From Oligoflexales bacterium (GTDB lineage: Bacteria > Bdellovibrionota_B > Oligoflexia > Oligoflexales > Bog-1112), in the NCBI GenBank assembly GCA_045106415.1, contig JBGCEP010000010.1, positions 1 through 64,000 of the forward strand: a DNA stretch of 64,000 nt. The letters run 5' to 3'. How positions within the stretch are numbered: position 1 is the first letter of the stretch; each line of letters opens with the position of its first letter. The notes beneath the pieces are model-generated. The model did not search any database, was not told the origin of the DNA, and saw nothing but the letters and a program-made list of their open reading frames with translations. Position numbers and translations under genes: made by a program. Below, in pieces: positions 30,241 through 40,073 of this stretch.

Positions 30241-30813
30241 ATGGCCCAACAATGGATACGAGACTTACCTAATCAGCTATCGCTGTGCCGTATTGCAACA
30301 ACCCCAATCTTGTTATTTATATTTCCCTTGCCGTATGATTTTTCAAGGTTTTTCTGTGTTGGCCTTTTTATCTTAGCAGCTGTTACCGATGCACTCGATG
30401 GTTTTATTGCGCGTCGCTTTAAAGCGGAGAGTGCTTTAGGGGCTTTGTTAGACCCTATGGCTGATAAGTTGTTGACGACTTCTGTTCTTGTGTTGCTGGT
30501 ATATACTGGGGCGTTATGGCCATGGATGAGTGGTTTATTGCTCTGTAGAGATGTTGCTATGTCGGGTGTCAGGCAGATTGCTAGTGATCAAGGTATTCAA
30601 ATACCGGTAAGCTTGATGGGTAAGTGGAAAACTTTATTTTTAGATGTAGCTTTGCTGTGTTTGATGATCGATAGGCCGTTGTTTGGTGTTCCTTTTCGCG
30701 AGCTTGGAATGGTATCTATATGGATTGCTTTGATTTTATCTTGTGGTTCAGCGTGGGTGTATGTGGTTGAATATTGGGATGCCGTAAAAAGGCAATCTCA
30801 GTATAAAAAGTAA
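30241..30813 (+). CDS. pgsA: CDP-diacylglycerol-glycerol-3-phosphate 3-phosphatidyltransferase
   Basis: LPNQLS, DALDGFIARR...GALLDPMADK, GKWKT. Confidence 0.9.
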   Translation: MAQQWIRDLPNQLSLCRIATTPILLFIFPLPYDFSRFFCVGLFILAAVTDALDGFIARRFKAESALGALLDPMADKLLTTSVLVLLVYTGALWPWMSGLLLCRDVAMSGVRQIASDQGIQIPVSLMGKWKTLFLDVALLCLMIDRPLFGVPFRELGMVSIWIALILSCGSAWVYVVEYWDAVKRQSQYKK

Positions 30814-30986
30814 TACAGATAGGTCAAATGCTCATAAATTAAAGTTGGCCAAATATTTTATAACCCCTTTATTGTATATGCAATGAAGGTCTTTTTTTTG
30901 TTTTTTTCATCTGGTTTTCCTCTGTTGTTTTCAAGTTTTCTTTCTTTTATGTCGATTTCATACTTATACCCAAACACTAGGGAAGT

Positions 30987-32609
30987 TTGTTGAACTCTAA
31001 GGTTTTCAAATGGTTGACGTACTCGAGCGACAAGGTTAGATCCTTGCGTGGATTAGCATTGTCTTTAGGGGCTCGGTTAGACCTTGTGAACTCAGCTGAG
31101 AAAATTAAAGAAAATCTTGATGATAACCAAATTTGGGTTGTCGACCATAGTATTTTAGATGAAATACCTAGTTTTGATGTTTTTAGTGAATATCCAGTAT
31201 TTTTTATTGGTGTTGAGTCTGAGCCTGTATCTCAGCACCCAGCCGGATGGACAAATGCTTCTTTTGAAGTACTTTCACAGACTCGGATGGTTGATTTTTT
31301 TATAGGCTATCTTAGCGGTGTTTATAGTTCATATGAAGACATTATGGGCTGGGGGTATCACGTTGTTGAACTGTCTTCTTTATCCAGCTTTAATTTATTA
31401 AGTTTTGCTGAAGATTATAAATTTGATCTTCGAAGTGTATATAAATTTCTCAAAAAAAAATCTCTGATTGATTCTTTTGTGTATTTTTCAGACGGAGTTT
31501 CTAGCGCGGTAAGGTTCCATTGTACAAAAGATACTGAAATTAATTTTTTTGATATTTATAAGTCTTTATCAAATAAAACGATTGTGATGAAATTTGAAAG
31601 AGACCAGGGTTTTGATCTTGTTTTGATTTGTATAGAGTCGTTTGAAGACTCTTTCTATGTTGATTTAAAGGTTCGAGATCTTTTTTCTTTATCTAGAAAA
31701 AGTAAAGAAAACCCTCATATGCTTTTAAAGTTTCATGGTGTTCGGGGGTCGAGGCCAACGCATAAAAAAAGTTTATTAGAATATGGTGGAAATTCAACTT
31801 CGATTGAATTTTGTCTTGATAGTGAAGATTTCTATCTTTTTTTAGATTGTGGATCTGGACTGGCACACCGTGGAATGCAAATCGGTGAAAATCCAGTTAA
31901 GAAAAATTTCTATTGGCTTATGACACATACACATTGGGACCATATTCTTGGTTTGCCATTTTTTGAACCTTTTTATAACTCTGATCATCAAGTGACTTTT
32001 TTCGCATCTAAAACATCCCGTTCAACGTTTGATGAACTTCTTACGGGTGTGAAGAGGTCAGAGAATTTACCTGTCCCGATTGAAACTTTTCAAGCAGAAA
32101 TGAAGGTGAAAGCCATTCTTCCGGGTGAAAAATTTGAAATAGGTGGGTGTGTTGATATTTCAACTTACCAAATAAACCATCAAGGCATTACTTTGGCTTA
32201 TCGTGTTCATTATCAAGAAGATTCAGTGGCTGTTGTCACAGATAATGCTCCTATTGATGGAAATTATTTAGGCGAAAATATGCCAAAAAAAATGGATGAA
32301 GAATCAAAGATATTTGAAAAGAAATTTAATCAAGGTTTGATTGAATTTTTAAAAGGCTGTCATACAGTTGTTTTTGACACTCATTTTACTGAAAAAAATT
32401 TGAAACCAGATTGGGGACATTCTACACCTGAGCGAGCTTTGGATTTTTGTATTGCAGCTGGGGTGAAGCGTCTAGTGATTTTTCATCATGCGCCTGAAGA
32501 CCAAGACTCTGATGTTTTTGACAAGGTAAAGAGTGTTTACGCTTTAGCGCAACAGCATGGAATAGAGGTTGTGGCTGCGCAGGAAGGAAAACAGTGGATA
32601 TTGCGTTAG
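30987..32609 (+). CDS. MBL-fold metallohydrolase with an unrecognised N-terminal region of about 240 aa
   Basis: FHGVRGSRP, GGNST, LDCGSG, THTHWDHILGLPFF, WGHST, FHHAP. Confidence 0.85.
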   Translation: MLNSKVFKWLTYSSDKVRSLRGLALSLGARLDLVNSAEKIKENLDDNQIWVVDHSILDEIPSFDVFSEYPVFFIGVESEPVSQHPAGWTNASFEVLSQTRMVDFFIGYLSGVYSSYEDIMGWGYHVVELSSLSSFNLLSFAEDYKFDLRSVYKFLKKKSLIDSFVYFSDGVSSAVRFHCTKDTEINFFDIYKSLSNKTIVMKFERDQGFDLVLICIESFEDSFYVDLKVRDLFSLSRKSKENPHMLLKFHGVRGSRPTHKKSLLEYGGNSTSIEFCLDSEDFYLFLDCGSGLAHRGMQIGENPVKKNFYWLMTHTHWDHILGLPFFEPFYNSDHQVTFFASKTSRSTFDELLTGVKRSENLPVPIETFQAEMKVKAILPGEKFEIGGCVDISTYQINHQGITLAYRVHYQEDSVAVVTDNAPIDGNYLGENMPKKMDEESKIFEKKFNQGLIEFLKGCHTVVFDTHFTEKNLKPDWGHSTPERALDFCIAAGVKRLVIFHHAPEDQDSDVFDKVKSVYALAQQHGIEVVAAQEGKQWILR

Positions 32610-33478
32610 GAATGAAATTTTGGGGGACGAGAGGCCTTATTTCTTCACCAGGGAGAGAAACTGCTGTTCATGGTGGCAATACGAGTTGTATGCAGCTCTA
32701 TCACGGTGATCATCTGATTATTATTGATTCTGGCTTTGGAATTAGTAACTTTGGTGAATCTCTTATGCATAGAATTTTAGAGAAAAAAGAAAGCTTAACC
32801 ATTCATGTTTTGTTAACTCATTTTCACTGGGACCATGTCCAGGGTCTTCCTTTTTTTCATCCGATCTATTTTCCTACAACTAACCTTCATATTTATTCCA
32901 CTCTTGATCCTGTGCAGGCAAAGTGCCACTTAGAACCTCTTTTTGATGGTTCATACTCTCCGTTTGAAGGTGTTGATAGTATGCCCTCAAATATTCAATT
33001 TCATCAAATAGACTCTAAGATGCATATTGGTTCGTTGGAGATATCAACTTATCCTCTTGATCATATGCAGGTCCAAGTGGGAGATGTCGGGGTAAGTGCT
33101 TTTCGCTTTGATTATCAGGATAAAAGCTTGGTTGTTGCTACTGATCATGAGGCACGCCCAAGCCCTTGTAATGAAGGTTTAGTGCGTTTTGCTGGCGATA
33201 CAGATCTTCTGGTTCATGATGGGCAGTATACCGAAGAGGAATATCTGAGAAGGCAAGGTTGGGGGCATTCCAATATTCGTCAAGCATTAGATAATGCAAT
33301 TCAAGCACAAGCGAAAAGAATGCTTATTACTCATCATGCTCCTCAAAGGACTGATCGTGAATTGAGCAGATTAAGAAGAATTTATAAAAATAATGAGACA
33401 TATAGAGATTTAAAATTTGACTTTGCGCGAGAAAGCACCGTTTATTGTGTCAAAAAAGGAGAAACCTCATGTGGCTGA
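32594..33478 (+). CDS. MBL-fold metallohydrolase
   Basis: FWGTRG, GGNTSC, THFHWDHVQGLPFF, HDGQY, WGHS, THHAP. Confidence 0.9.
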   Translation: MDIALGMKFWGTRGLISSPGRETAVHGGNTSCMQLYHGDHLIIIDSGFGISNFGESLMHRILEKKESLTIHVLLTHFHWDHVQGLPFFHPIYFPTTNLHIYSTLDPVQAKCHLEPLFDGSYSPFEGVDSMPSNIQFHQIDSKMHIGSLEISTYPLDHMQVQVGDVGVSAFRFDYQDKSLVVATDHEARPSPCNEGLVRFAGDTDLLVHDGQYTEEEYLRRQGWGHSNIRQALDNAIQAQAKRMLITHHAPQRTDRELSRLRRIYKNNETYRDLKFDFARESTVYCVKKGETSCG

Positions 33479-33966
33479 TTCCATGTGCGATTACAGTGCT
33501 ATCTTTATGGAGTTTTACTTTGAAAATGAATCGTCTGGAAAGGCTCAGGTTTACTGTTTTAGGTGGGCAGTTCTCTTTATGTGCATTGTCTCTTTTATCC
33601 TTTTTTCAATTTTTACCGTCAGAGCAGTTTATGGTTTTTGGTTGTATAGTGGTTTTCCTAGGTTTTTGTTTTTCTTATCATAAAAATCGTAATCAGCAAG
33701 AACATTACATCGTACGATTTGTGATGCTTTCGTTGATTATAGGTGGGGGGCTTATTTTTGGGTTAACGATACGACCTATTTCTATTCTCCCTCTGGTTTT
33801 TTCATGCATTATTTTTCATCTTCATCATGAGCAAGTATCGAGTCATTTACAAAAACAGAACTACGAAGTGCGTGCAATGAGAGAGCATATTCAAGTCTTA
33901 AAAGGGCGTGTTCAGCGATATGGGCAAACATGTGAAAAACATAATGAGACACGTCTTATCTCTTAA
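33469..33966 (+). CDS. Small multi-pass membrane protein with coiled-coil tail
   Basis: Several hydrophobic segments; overlaps both neighbours. Confidence 0.6.
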   Translation: MWLIPCAITVLSLWSFTLKMNRLERLRFTVLGGQFSLCALSLLSFFQFLPSEQFMVFGCIVVFLGFCFSYHKNRNQQEHYIVRFVMLSLIIGGGLIFGLTIRPISILPLVFSCIIFHLHHEQVSSHLQKQNYEVRAMREHIQVLKGRVQRYGQTCEKHNETRLIS

Positions 33967-35455
33967 GATAGCAACTTGCATGGTTCTGACTTTTTCAGGT
34001 TGCGGTGAAGGTGGTTTTTTTAGCCAAAATAAAGAAGAGACAGTTTCAAGGCCAATTCCTAGGGTTGATAGAGGAGTCTATTCTGTTCAGATTCCAGCAG
34101 AATCGGATTTTTCATATGAAATTGTGACAGATTTTGACAATGACTTAGAAGGAGCTAAGGTCACGTTCCTTCCGGGGGCTCTCACTGTGGATGCGACTAT
34201 TCAAGTGACAAAGGGTGATGTGCTTTTGTCACCGTTGGTTCTTCATGATTTAGGTATCAAAGGAAATCATCAATCGATACCGTCTGGAGTGACAGTTTGG
34301 GTAGGTGCGAGCCACCCGGATGCTCTTCAGAAAGATATGGTTGTTGAGCTTCCTGTGCCTTTAGGAGAACACTCTGGTGACTTAGGGGTGATTTATCATC
34401 AAGGAACACCGAAAACAGGGTACCGCATTGGGCTGTATACATCTCGAAATAAGTTGCTAGAGCTTAATGAAGGTTATGTCTCTGTAAGGGTCCCTTCATT
34501 TGGGAGCTATCAGGTTGTGGTGTTGTCATCTACTCAAAAGAAAGCGGCTTCACTTGGAGAGGTTCGAACACAACGTCCTGTTCTCAATATTGATGAAGCT
34601 ATTGCTTTGCCTGCGTTGGCTTGGAGTGTTTCGTTGGAACCTCAAGATGCAGCAGAAGATAGAGGGGTTCGAGTATTGTTTTCTCTAGAAGGAGGGGCAC
34701 CTAAGGAATGTTTTGGTTTTGTGTACCCTTCGACAAGTGATGCGTGGACTCAAGTTGTAGCATCCCTTGACCAAGCTGTAGTCATTTGGCCGCCTGAAGA
34801 TGTTGTGGAACATGTCAGATATATTTTGGTTGAGTGTTTACTTGAAGATGGAAGACAAATTTTTACCGAAACGATGACTCCATACTCTTTTGATGCTCTT
34901 CAAGTTAGATTTTTAGACTTAAAAGAAAATCATGAAGAAACCAATGTAAAGCTGTCTTTTTCGTCGAGTGGTGTCCAAGACTATCGCTATCAGCTATTTT
35001 TAGAAAAAACTGAGTGCGCTGAACCTATTGGTGTTTGGCAGAATAAATCAATCGTTGAGTTTGATATGACCGATGTAAAAACAAATGTCACGCTTTGTGT
35101 GCAAGGCCGTGGTGTGTATGGTTATATTCAAGATGTTCAGTCTTTTCAGTGGCATCAAGGTATTCAAGGCGCATTGTGGACAGATGATGTTGTCGATATC
35201 TCAGCGACTGCTGGAGGAAGCTTTTCGTATTTAGTTCGAGCTTCAGATCCTGAATCATCAAGCTTACCGACTTTTTCATGGGACGAAAGTCTGAGTACCT
35301 GTGATGACTCCCTTTTTACGGTATCGATTGGGGAGTCGAGCGGACGTTTGTTAGGAGTTGCTAAAAACTCAGCAACAGGCACCTGCTCGGTTGTTGTTGT
35401 TTCGAAAAGCCTTGGGTATGAACGGCAACGTTCTTATACAGTTGTCGTTCAATAA
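33944..35455 (+). CDS. Multi-domain beta-rich lipoprotein (ZU5-like and Ig-like segments)
   Basis: Lipobox FSGC; GAKVTFLPGAL...VVELPV; C-terminal VRASDPE...SGRLLG Ig-like pattern. Confidence 0.6.
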   Translation: MRHVLSLKIATCMVLTFSGCGEGGFFSQNKEETVSRPIPRVDRGVYSVQIPAESDFSYEIVTDFDNDLEGAKVTFLPGALTVDATIQVTKGDVLLSPLVLHDLGIKGNHQSIPSGVTVWVGASHPDALQKDMVVELPVPLGEHSGDLGVIYHQGTPKTGYRIGLYTSRNKLLELNEGYVSVRVPSFGSYQVVVLSSTQKKAASLGEVRTQRPVLNIDEAIALPALAWSVSLEPQDAAEDRGVRVLFSLEGGAPKECFGFVYPSTSDAWTQVVASLDQAVVIWPPEDVVEHVRYILVECLLEDGRQIFTETMTPYSFDALQVRFLDLKENHEETNVKLSFSSSGVQDYRYQLFLEKTECAEPIGVWQNKSIVEFDMTDVKTNVTLCVQGRGVYGYIQDVQSFQWHQGIQGALWTDDVVDISATAGGSFSYLVRASDPESSSLPTFSWDESLSTCDDSLFTVSIGESSGRLLGVAKNSATGTCSVVVVSKSLGYERQRSYTVVVQ

Positions 35456-35556
35456 ATGTGACTGATAACAACTTGTTGTTATAGCGATTAAGTGACCTCT
35501 CAAGAGTATTCCTTGAAGCATTTTGCGGTTCATGATAACTACTGCGTTGCTTCGAG

Positions 35557-37101
35557 ATGGTTCTCGAACCTGAAAAATATCAATTTCTGTACGGGACTCT
35601 TGTGAAACCCTCACTGACCTTCGGAAAAGTACGTTCAGTTCTGTGGCCTGTATACAGGCATGAAGCAAAAACTGTTGTACCCATGCTTTTGTTGTTTTTC
35701 TTTTTAACCTTAGCCTACGATTTGCTACGCCCTCTTAAGGTGTCGATGGTTGTTCAGGGCTCAAGCGCTGGTTTTGAAGTGATCCCATTCCTGAAGGTTT
35801 GGGTTATGCTTCCTGGGGCTGTTGCTTTAACTTGGGTCTATACCAAGCTCGCAGCAAGAATGTCTATGGAAAAAGTTTTTTACGCCATTCTGTCTATTTT
35901 TTGTCTATTTTACATGTGTTTTTTGACATTTCTTTATCCAAATCGAGAGCTGTTAGCATTAGATGGTTTGGCGTCTTGGTTGACTCAGATTTTACCTATA
36001 GGCGCTCGTGGTCTTATTGCGGTTGTGAGAGATTGGCCCCTGTCAATTTTTTATGCAATTACTGAATTGTGGGGTGCTTTGGTGCTCACTGTTCTTATGT
36101 GGGGCTATGCGAATGAGGTCACAGATGTCGAGCATGCCCAACGTTTTTATGGTCTTTTTGCAATGGGTTCGAACATTGCAGCAGTTGTCGCAGGCTACAT
36201 TGGTGCTACTTTTTCTACTGTAGACTATAACCCATATCTTCCTGGAAATAATGCTTGGGAGCAAACAATTCATTATATTATTGCGACAGGGATGCTGGCG
36301 TGTATTTTTTCAGCAGTTCTCTTTCGATATATTAATGTATATGTGTACCCAGACAAAGTTGTTGCAGCACCGAAGAGTAAAAAGAAAAAACTAGGCCTGG
36401 TTGATTGTTTTAAGCAAGTTTCAGCATCTCCTTATCTTCTACTCCTGGCGGCGTTAGTTCTTGGTTATAATCTTTCATTTAATCTTGCGGATATTGTTTG
36501 GAATAGAGAAGTTCATCGTTATTTCTCAAATGACCCAGCCGGGTTTAACAAGTTTATGAGCCATGTGACAAGTGCCACAGGAGTCATCTCAACCATTATG
36601 GCACTTCTGGTGACAAGTAATCTTTTACGCCTGAAGGGTTGGACGGTGACAGCTTTAATGACGCCGGTCGTTGTGTTTTTTACTGGCGGGATTTTCTTCG
36701 CTCTGTTGTTAGTAGATAATTCGAATATTTTTGGCGTGAACGAAATGATTTTTGGTATTCCCATTGCAACTGTTCTTCTTGCTGTGGGTGCCGTACAAAT
36801 GTGTTTTACTAGAGCTTTAAAATACACTGTTTTTGATGCGACGAAAGAAATAGCATATATCCCTCTTTCGAGAGAAGAACGACAGAATGGGAAAGCAGCT
36901 ATTGATGGTATAGGGTCACGTTTAGGAAAATCTGGTGGCTCTTTGTTGTTTCAGTTGCTCTTGGTCTCTTTGAGTTCTTTTGATGCTGTTCTTCCATTTA
37001 TTGGTGTTGTCTTTATGTTTGTGGTGTCCTTATGGGGCGGTGCTGTGATCCGATTAGGTCGCTTGATCCCTGGTTCTGCAACGCCCTCGCATAAGTCATA
37101 A
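35557..37101 (+). CDS. TLC/NTT-family nucleotide (ATP/ADP) translocase
   Basis: IPFLKVW, ELWG, WGYANE, RFYGLF, KYTVFDATKEIAYIPL, GKAAIDGIGSRLGKSGGS; about 12 TM helices. Confidence 0.92.
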   Translation: MVLEPEKYQFLYGTLVKPSLTFGKVRSVLWPVYRHEAKTVVPMLLLFFFLTLAYDLLRPLKVSMVVQGSSAGFEVIPFLKVWVMLPGAVALTWVYTKLAARMSMEKVFYAILSIFCLFYMCFLTFLYPNRELLALDGLASWLTQILPIGARGLIAVVRDWPLSIFYAITELWGALVLTVLMWGYANEVTDVEHAQRFYGLFAMGSNIAAVVAGYIGATFSTVDYNPYLPGNNAWEQTIHYIIATGMLACIFSAVLFRYINVYVYPDKVVAAPKSKKKKLGLVDCFKQVSASPYLLLLAALVLGYNLSFNLADIVWNREVHRYFSNDPAGFNKFMSHVTSATGVISTIMALLVTSNLLRLKGWTVTALMTPVVVFFTGGIFFALLLVDNSNIFGVNEMIFGIPIATVLLAVGAVQMCFTRALKYTVFDATKEIAYIPLSREERQNGKAAIDGIGSRLGKSGGSLLFQLLLVSLSSFDAVLPFIGVVFMFVVSLWGGAVIRLGRLIPGSATPSHKS

Positions 37102-37142
37102 TTTCGACTTTTTTTAGAATAAGTCTCTATGGAGATGGCACT

Positions 37143-38585
37143 ATGGTTCGGCTGTTGAAAATTTGCTTAGGGCCTTTGTTGAGCTTTCTCGTCTTTTTCG
37201 CGCCTTTTATTCATCTAAACGATGAAATGAGCGTTGTTGCGTGTGTTGGTGTTCTTATGTCTACTTGGTGGGTGTTAGAAGCGATTCCACTACCAGTTAC
37301 AGCCTTGGTTCCTATTGTTGCTTTTCCGCTTTCAGGGGTATGTTCAACGACGCAGATGGCAAATTGTTACAGTCATCCAGTCTTAGCATTGTTCTTGGGT
37401 GGTTGCCTTATGGCGCTAGGTTTAGAGCGTTGGGGGTTGCACCGTAGGCTGGCGCTATTGTGTTTGTTGTCTCTGCGTGGTGGTACGAAAAGACTGATAT
37501 TTTCTTTTTTGACTGTAACCGCATTTTTAAGTTTATGGATTAGTAACACAGCCACGACGATGATGATGATCCCTGTTGTTATTTCGATTTTAGATTTTCA
37601 GATTGAGACAAAGCGTGACAGTTCTTTAGGTGTCAGCTTGTTGCTTGCTGTCGCATATGGCGCAACAATTGGTGGTATGGGGACGTTGATGGGGACGCCA
37701 CCAAATAGTCTTTTGGCTGGATTCTTATTGCAAAGGTATGGGGTCGACTTAAGTTTTTTTGATTGGTTTTTTGTGGGCGCAGTTTTTGTGGCAGGTTTAT
37801 TACCAATGGCTTGGTTGCTTTTGATTTTGGTTGTGTCACCACCAGATTTAACAGAGCAAGAAATAGAAGCAAAACAATTGGCCTTACAGAAGGCTTGGAG
37901 GCTTTTGCCGAGCTTTACTGTGGAAGAGTTCTTGTTGGCTAGTCTTTATATTTGTACGATTGCTTTTTGGATTTTTAGGCCGTGGTTAAGTGTTTGGATT
38001 TTTGGTGATGAGCGTTTAACAGATAGTGGGATTGCTATTTTCTCCGGTATTCTCATGTTTATTCTACCTGCTAGAAATGGTGGTTCTCTTTTGGAGTGGG
38101 AGCAAACAAAAGAATTGCCGTGGGGGGTTTTTTTGCTTTTTGGTGGTGGTCTAGCGCTGTCAAAAGCTGTAGAGCAAAGTGGTTTAGCTCTTGTTTTACT
38201 GGAAAGCTTTGGTGGAGTGGGTCAAGAGCATTCTTTTGGAGTTTTTGCTGTGGTGACGGCGCTTGTTTTATTTCTTACGGAGTTGACGAGTAATATTGCA
38301 ACGACAGCAGCTTTTCTTCCTATTTTGTCTGAGTTTAGTGGTGTTGGTGCTTTGCCTCTAGGGCTTTTAGTGGGAGTGACTTTAGCGGCAAGTTGTGCGT
38401 TTATGCTCCCAATAGCAACAGCACCAAATGCTCTTGTTTTTGCAACTGGGCGTTTGAAAATTTCTCAGATGTTACGTATTGGTTTTTTGCTGAATATTGT
38501 GGCGTGGTGTTGGCTGTTGTGTTTGGGGCGTTGGGTCTGGCCTTTGCTCTTGCCTGTGGTCTCGAAGGTTCCTTTGGGTATCTGA
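37143..38585 (+). CDS. SLC13/DASS sodium:dicarboxylate or sulfate symporter
   Basis: EAIPLPVTAL, LHRRLAL, WISNTAT, GTPPN, TELTSN, FMLPIATAPNA. Confidence 0.92.
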   Translation: MVRLLKICLGPLLSFLVFFAPFIHLNDEMSVVACVGVLMSTWWVLEAIPLPVTALVPIVAFPLSGVCSTTQMANCYSHPVLALFLGGCLMALGLERWGLHRRLALLCLLSLRGGTKRLIFSFLTVTAFLSLWISNTATTMMMIPVVISILDFQIETKRDSSLGVSLLLAVAYGATIGGMGTLMGTPPNSLLAGFLLQRYGVDLSFFDWFFVGAVFVAGLLPMAWLLLILVVSPPDLTEQEIEAKQLALQKAWRLLPSFTVEEFLLASLYICTIAFWIFRPWLSVWIFGDERLTDSGIAIFSGILMFILPARNGGSLLEWEQTKELPWGVFLLFGGGLALSKAVEQSGLALVLLESFGGVGQEHSFGVFAVVTALVLFLTELTSNIATTAAFLPILSEFSGVGALPLGLLVGVTLAASCAFMLPIATAPNALVFATGRLKISQMLRIGFLLNIVAWCWLLCLGRWVWPLLLPVVSKVPLGI

Positions 38586-40073
38586 CCAGATGTCGTGACT
38601 GACTGCAACTGCAGTGAAAATAATAAAGATGACGATGATATGTGGTTGTGACGTGAGCTCAGGTAGCCAGGCTATGATGAAAAAACCAAACAAAGTTGTG
38701 ATGAAATTTGGTAGTGTTTGTTTGAACTGTGTTGAAATGTGCTCATGTAAGGAACATTGCGCGCTTTTTGCTGCTAGCATTGTTGTGTCAGAAATAGGTG
38801 ATAAATGATCACCGGCAATACTCCCGGATAAGATCGCTCCAAAAGTAGGGTAGAGCCATGCAGAGGCCTGGGCTGTGATGAGTGCATTTGCTGCTGTTGG
38901 AAATAAAAGAGCTGCTGTTGCCCATGAAGATCCGGTTGTCATAGCTAGAAAAATAGAGCTGATGAAAAAAAAGCAAGGGCTCCATTCTATTGTTATGTTT
39001 TGGAGCAGTAATGTGAATGCCTCTTCCATAGATAGATACTGACTCATGATTTGACCTAAAGTCCAGGCCATGGTGAGAGTGATTACTGTGAGTAAAAATC
39101 CAGGAAAAGATTTTTCAATAGACTGGAATAAGATTTTTTTTGGAGATTTTTTTTGAGTCTTAGCTGAGTATAAAGTAACGCATATCCCAGCTATAAAGCC
39201 ATGCTGGAGCGATTGAGACATGGATGCCGATTGCATAGCTTTATGCCAAGTGTAATGTTTAAAAAAACCACCGACCCAAAGAGTACTGATCCAAGTTGTT
39301 GTGATCATAAGTAAAAATACAGTTAAAAAAGGCCAGGGATTGCAATTAGATTGTGGATAAGGTTTTTCGATGATTTTTGAGCAAGGGGCTGTTTGTTTAG
39401 GTGTGTTTGAAAGAGTCCAAAAGGTGGTTGCTATGGTGATGTAGGAGTAAAATAGCCATGGTAACGTAGACCAGTAAGCCTGAGTCGGTGATGTGGAAAT
39501 TCTTTCAAGATGAGCGTCTATGATGAAACTTAAGATCACGGGGCTCCAGCTTGAAAAAGGACATAAAGCAACAACTGGAGAAGCAAGACTGTCCAACATC
39601 CATGCTAATTTTGTCTTGGGTATGTGAAACCGTTGGAAAATAGGTCGGGCAATTGCGCCGCTTGTAAGAATCGAAAAGTAGTCGTCTAAGCAAAAACATA
39701 ATGAAAAAGAGGCGGTTGTTATTTGAGCTTTTTTTTTATTTTGAAGAGATTTTAATGCTGCGTTTGTAAAAGCAGTGCTGTAACCAGAGCTTTGTAGTGC
39801 TTGAGTAAAAATCCCTAATAAAGCCATGGTTTTGAAAATTTGATACTTAGGGCTAGAGAAAAAATCATGATGAAATGTTGCGTTAAAAAAAAGAAAAAAG
39901 ATTTTGAAGAAGTGTTGTGATGAATGCAAGCTTGCGAGTATGCTTGCTGTTATTAATGCCCCTAATAAGCTTATGGTAGAGTTGCGTGTCTTGATGCTTA
40001 GGCACATGAGAAAGAATGGTGGGATGATCCAAGCCCAAAGGAAGAATTTCTCCATATTAATGAGGGTGGTCAT
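38472..40073 (-). CDS. NhaC-family Na+/H+ antiporter-like transporter
   Basis: DDY, DSLASP, PFSSW, TGSSW, GDHLSPISDTT motifs. Confidence 0.85.
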   Translation of the reverse strand: MTTLINMEKFFLWAWIIPPFFLMCLSIKTRNSTISLLGALITASILASLHSSQHFFKIFFLFFNATFHHDFFSSPKYQIFKTMALLGIFTQALQSSGYSTAFTNAALKSLQNKKKAQITTASFSLCFCLDDYFSILTSGAIARPIFQRFHIPKTKLAWMLDSLASPVVALCPFSSWSPVILSFIIDAHLERISTSPTQAYWSTLPWLFYSYITIATTFWTLSNTPKQTAPCSKIIEKPYPQSNCNPWPFLTVFLLMITTTWISTLWVGGFFKHYTWHKAMQSASMSQSLQHGFIAGICVTLYSAKTQKKSPKKILFQSIEKSFPGFLLTVITLTMAWTLGQIMSQYLSMEEAFTLLLQNITIEWSPCFFFISSIFLAMTTGSSWATAALLFPTAANALITAQASAWLYPTFGAILSGSIAGDHLSPISDTTMLAAKSAQCSLHEHISTQFKQTLPNFITTLFGFFIIAWLPELTSQPHIIVIFIIFTAVAVSHDIWSDTQRNLRDHRQEQRPDPTPQTQQPTPRHNIQQKTNT

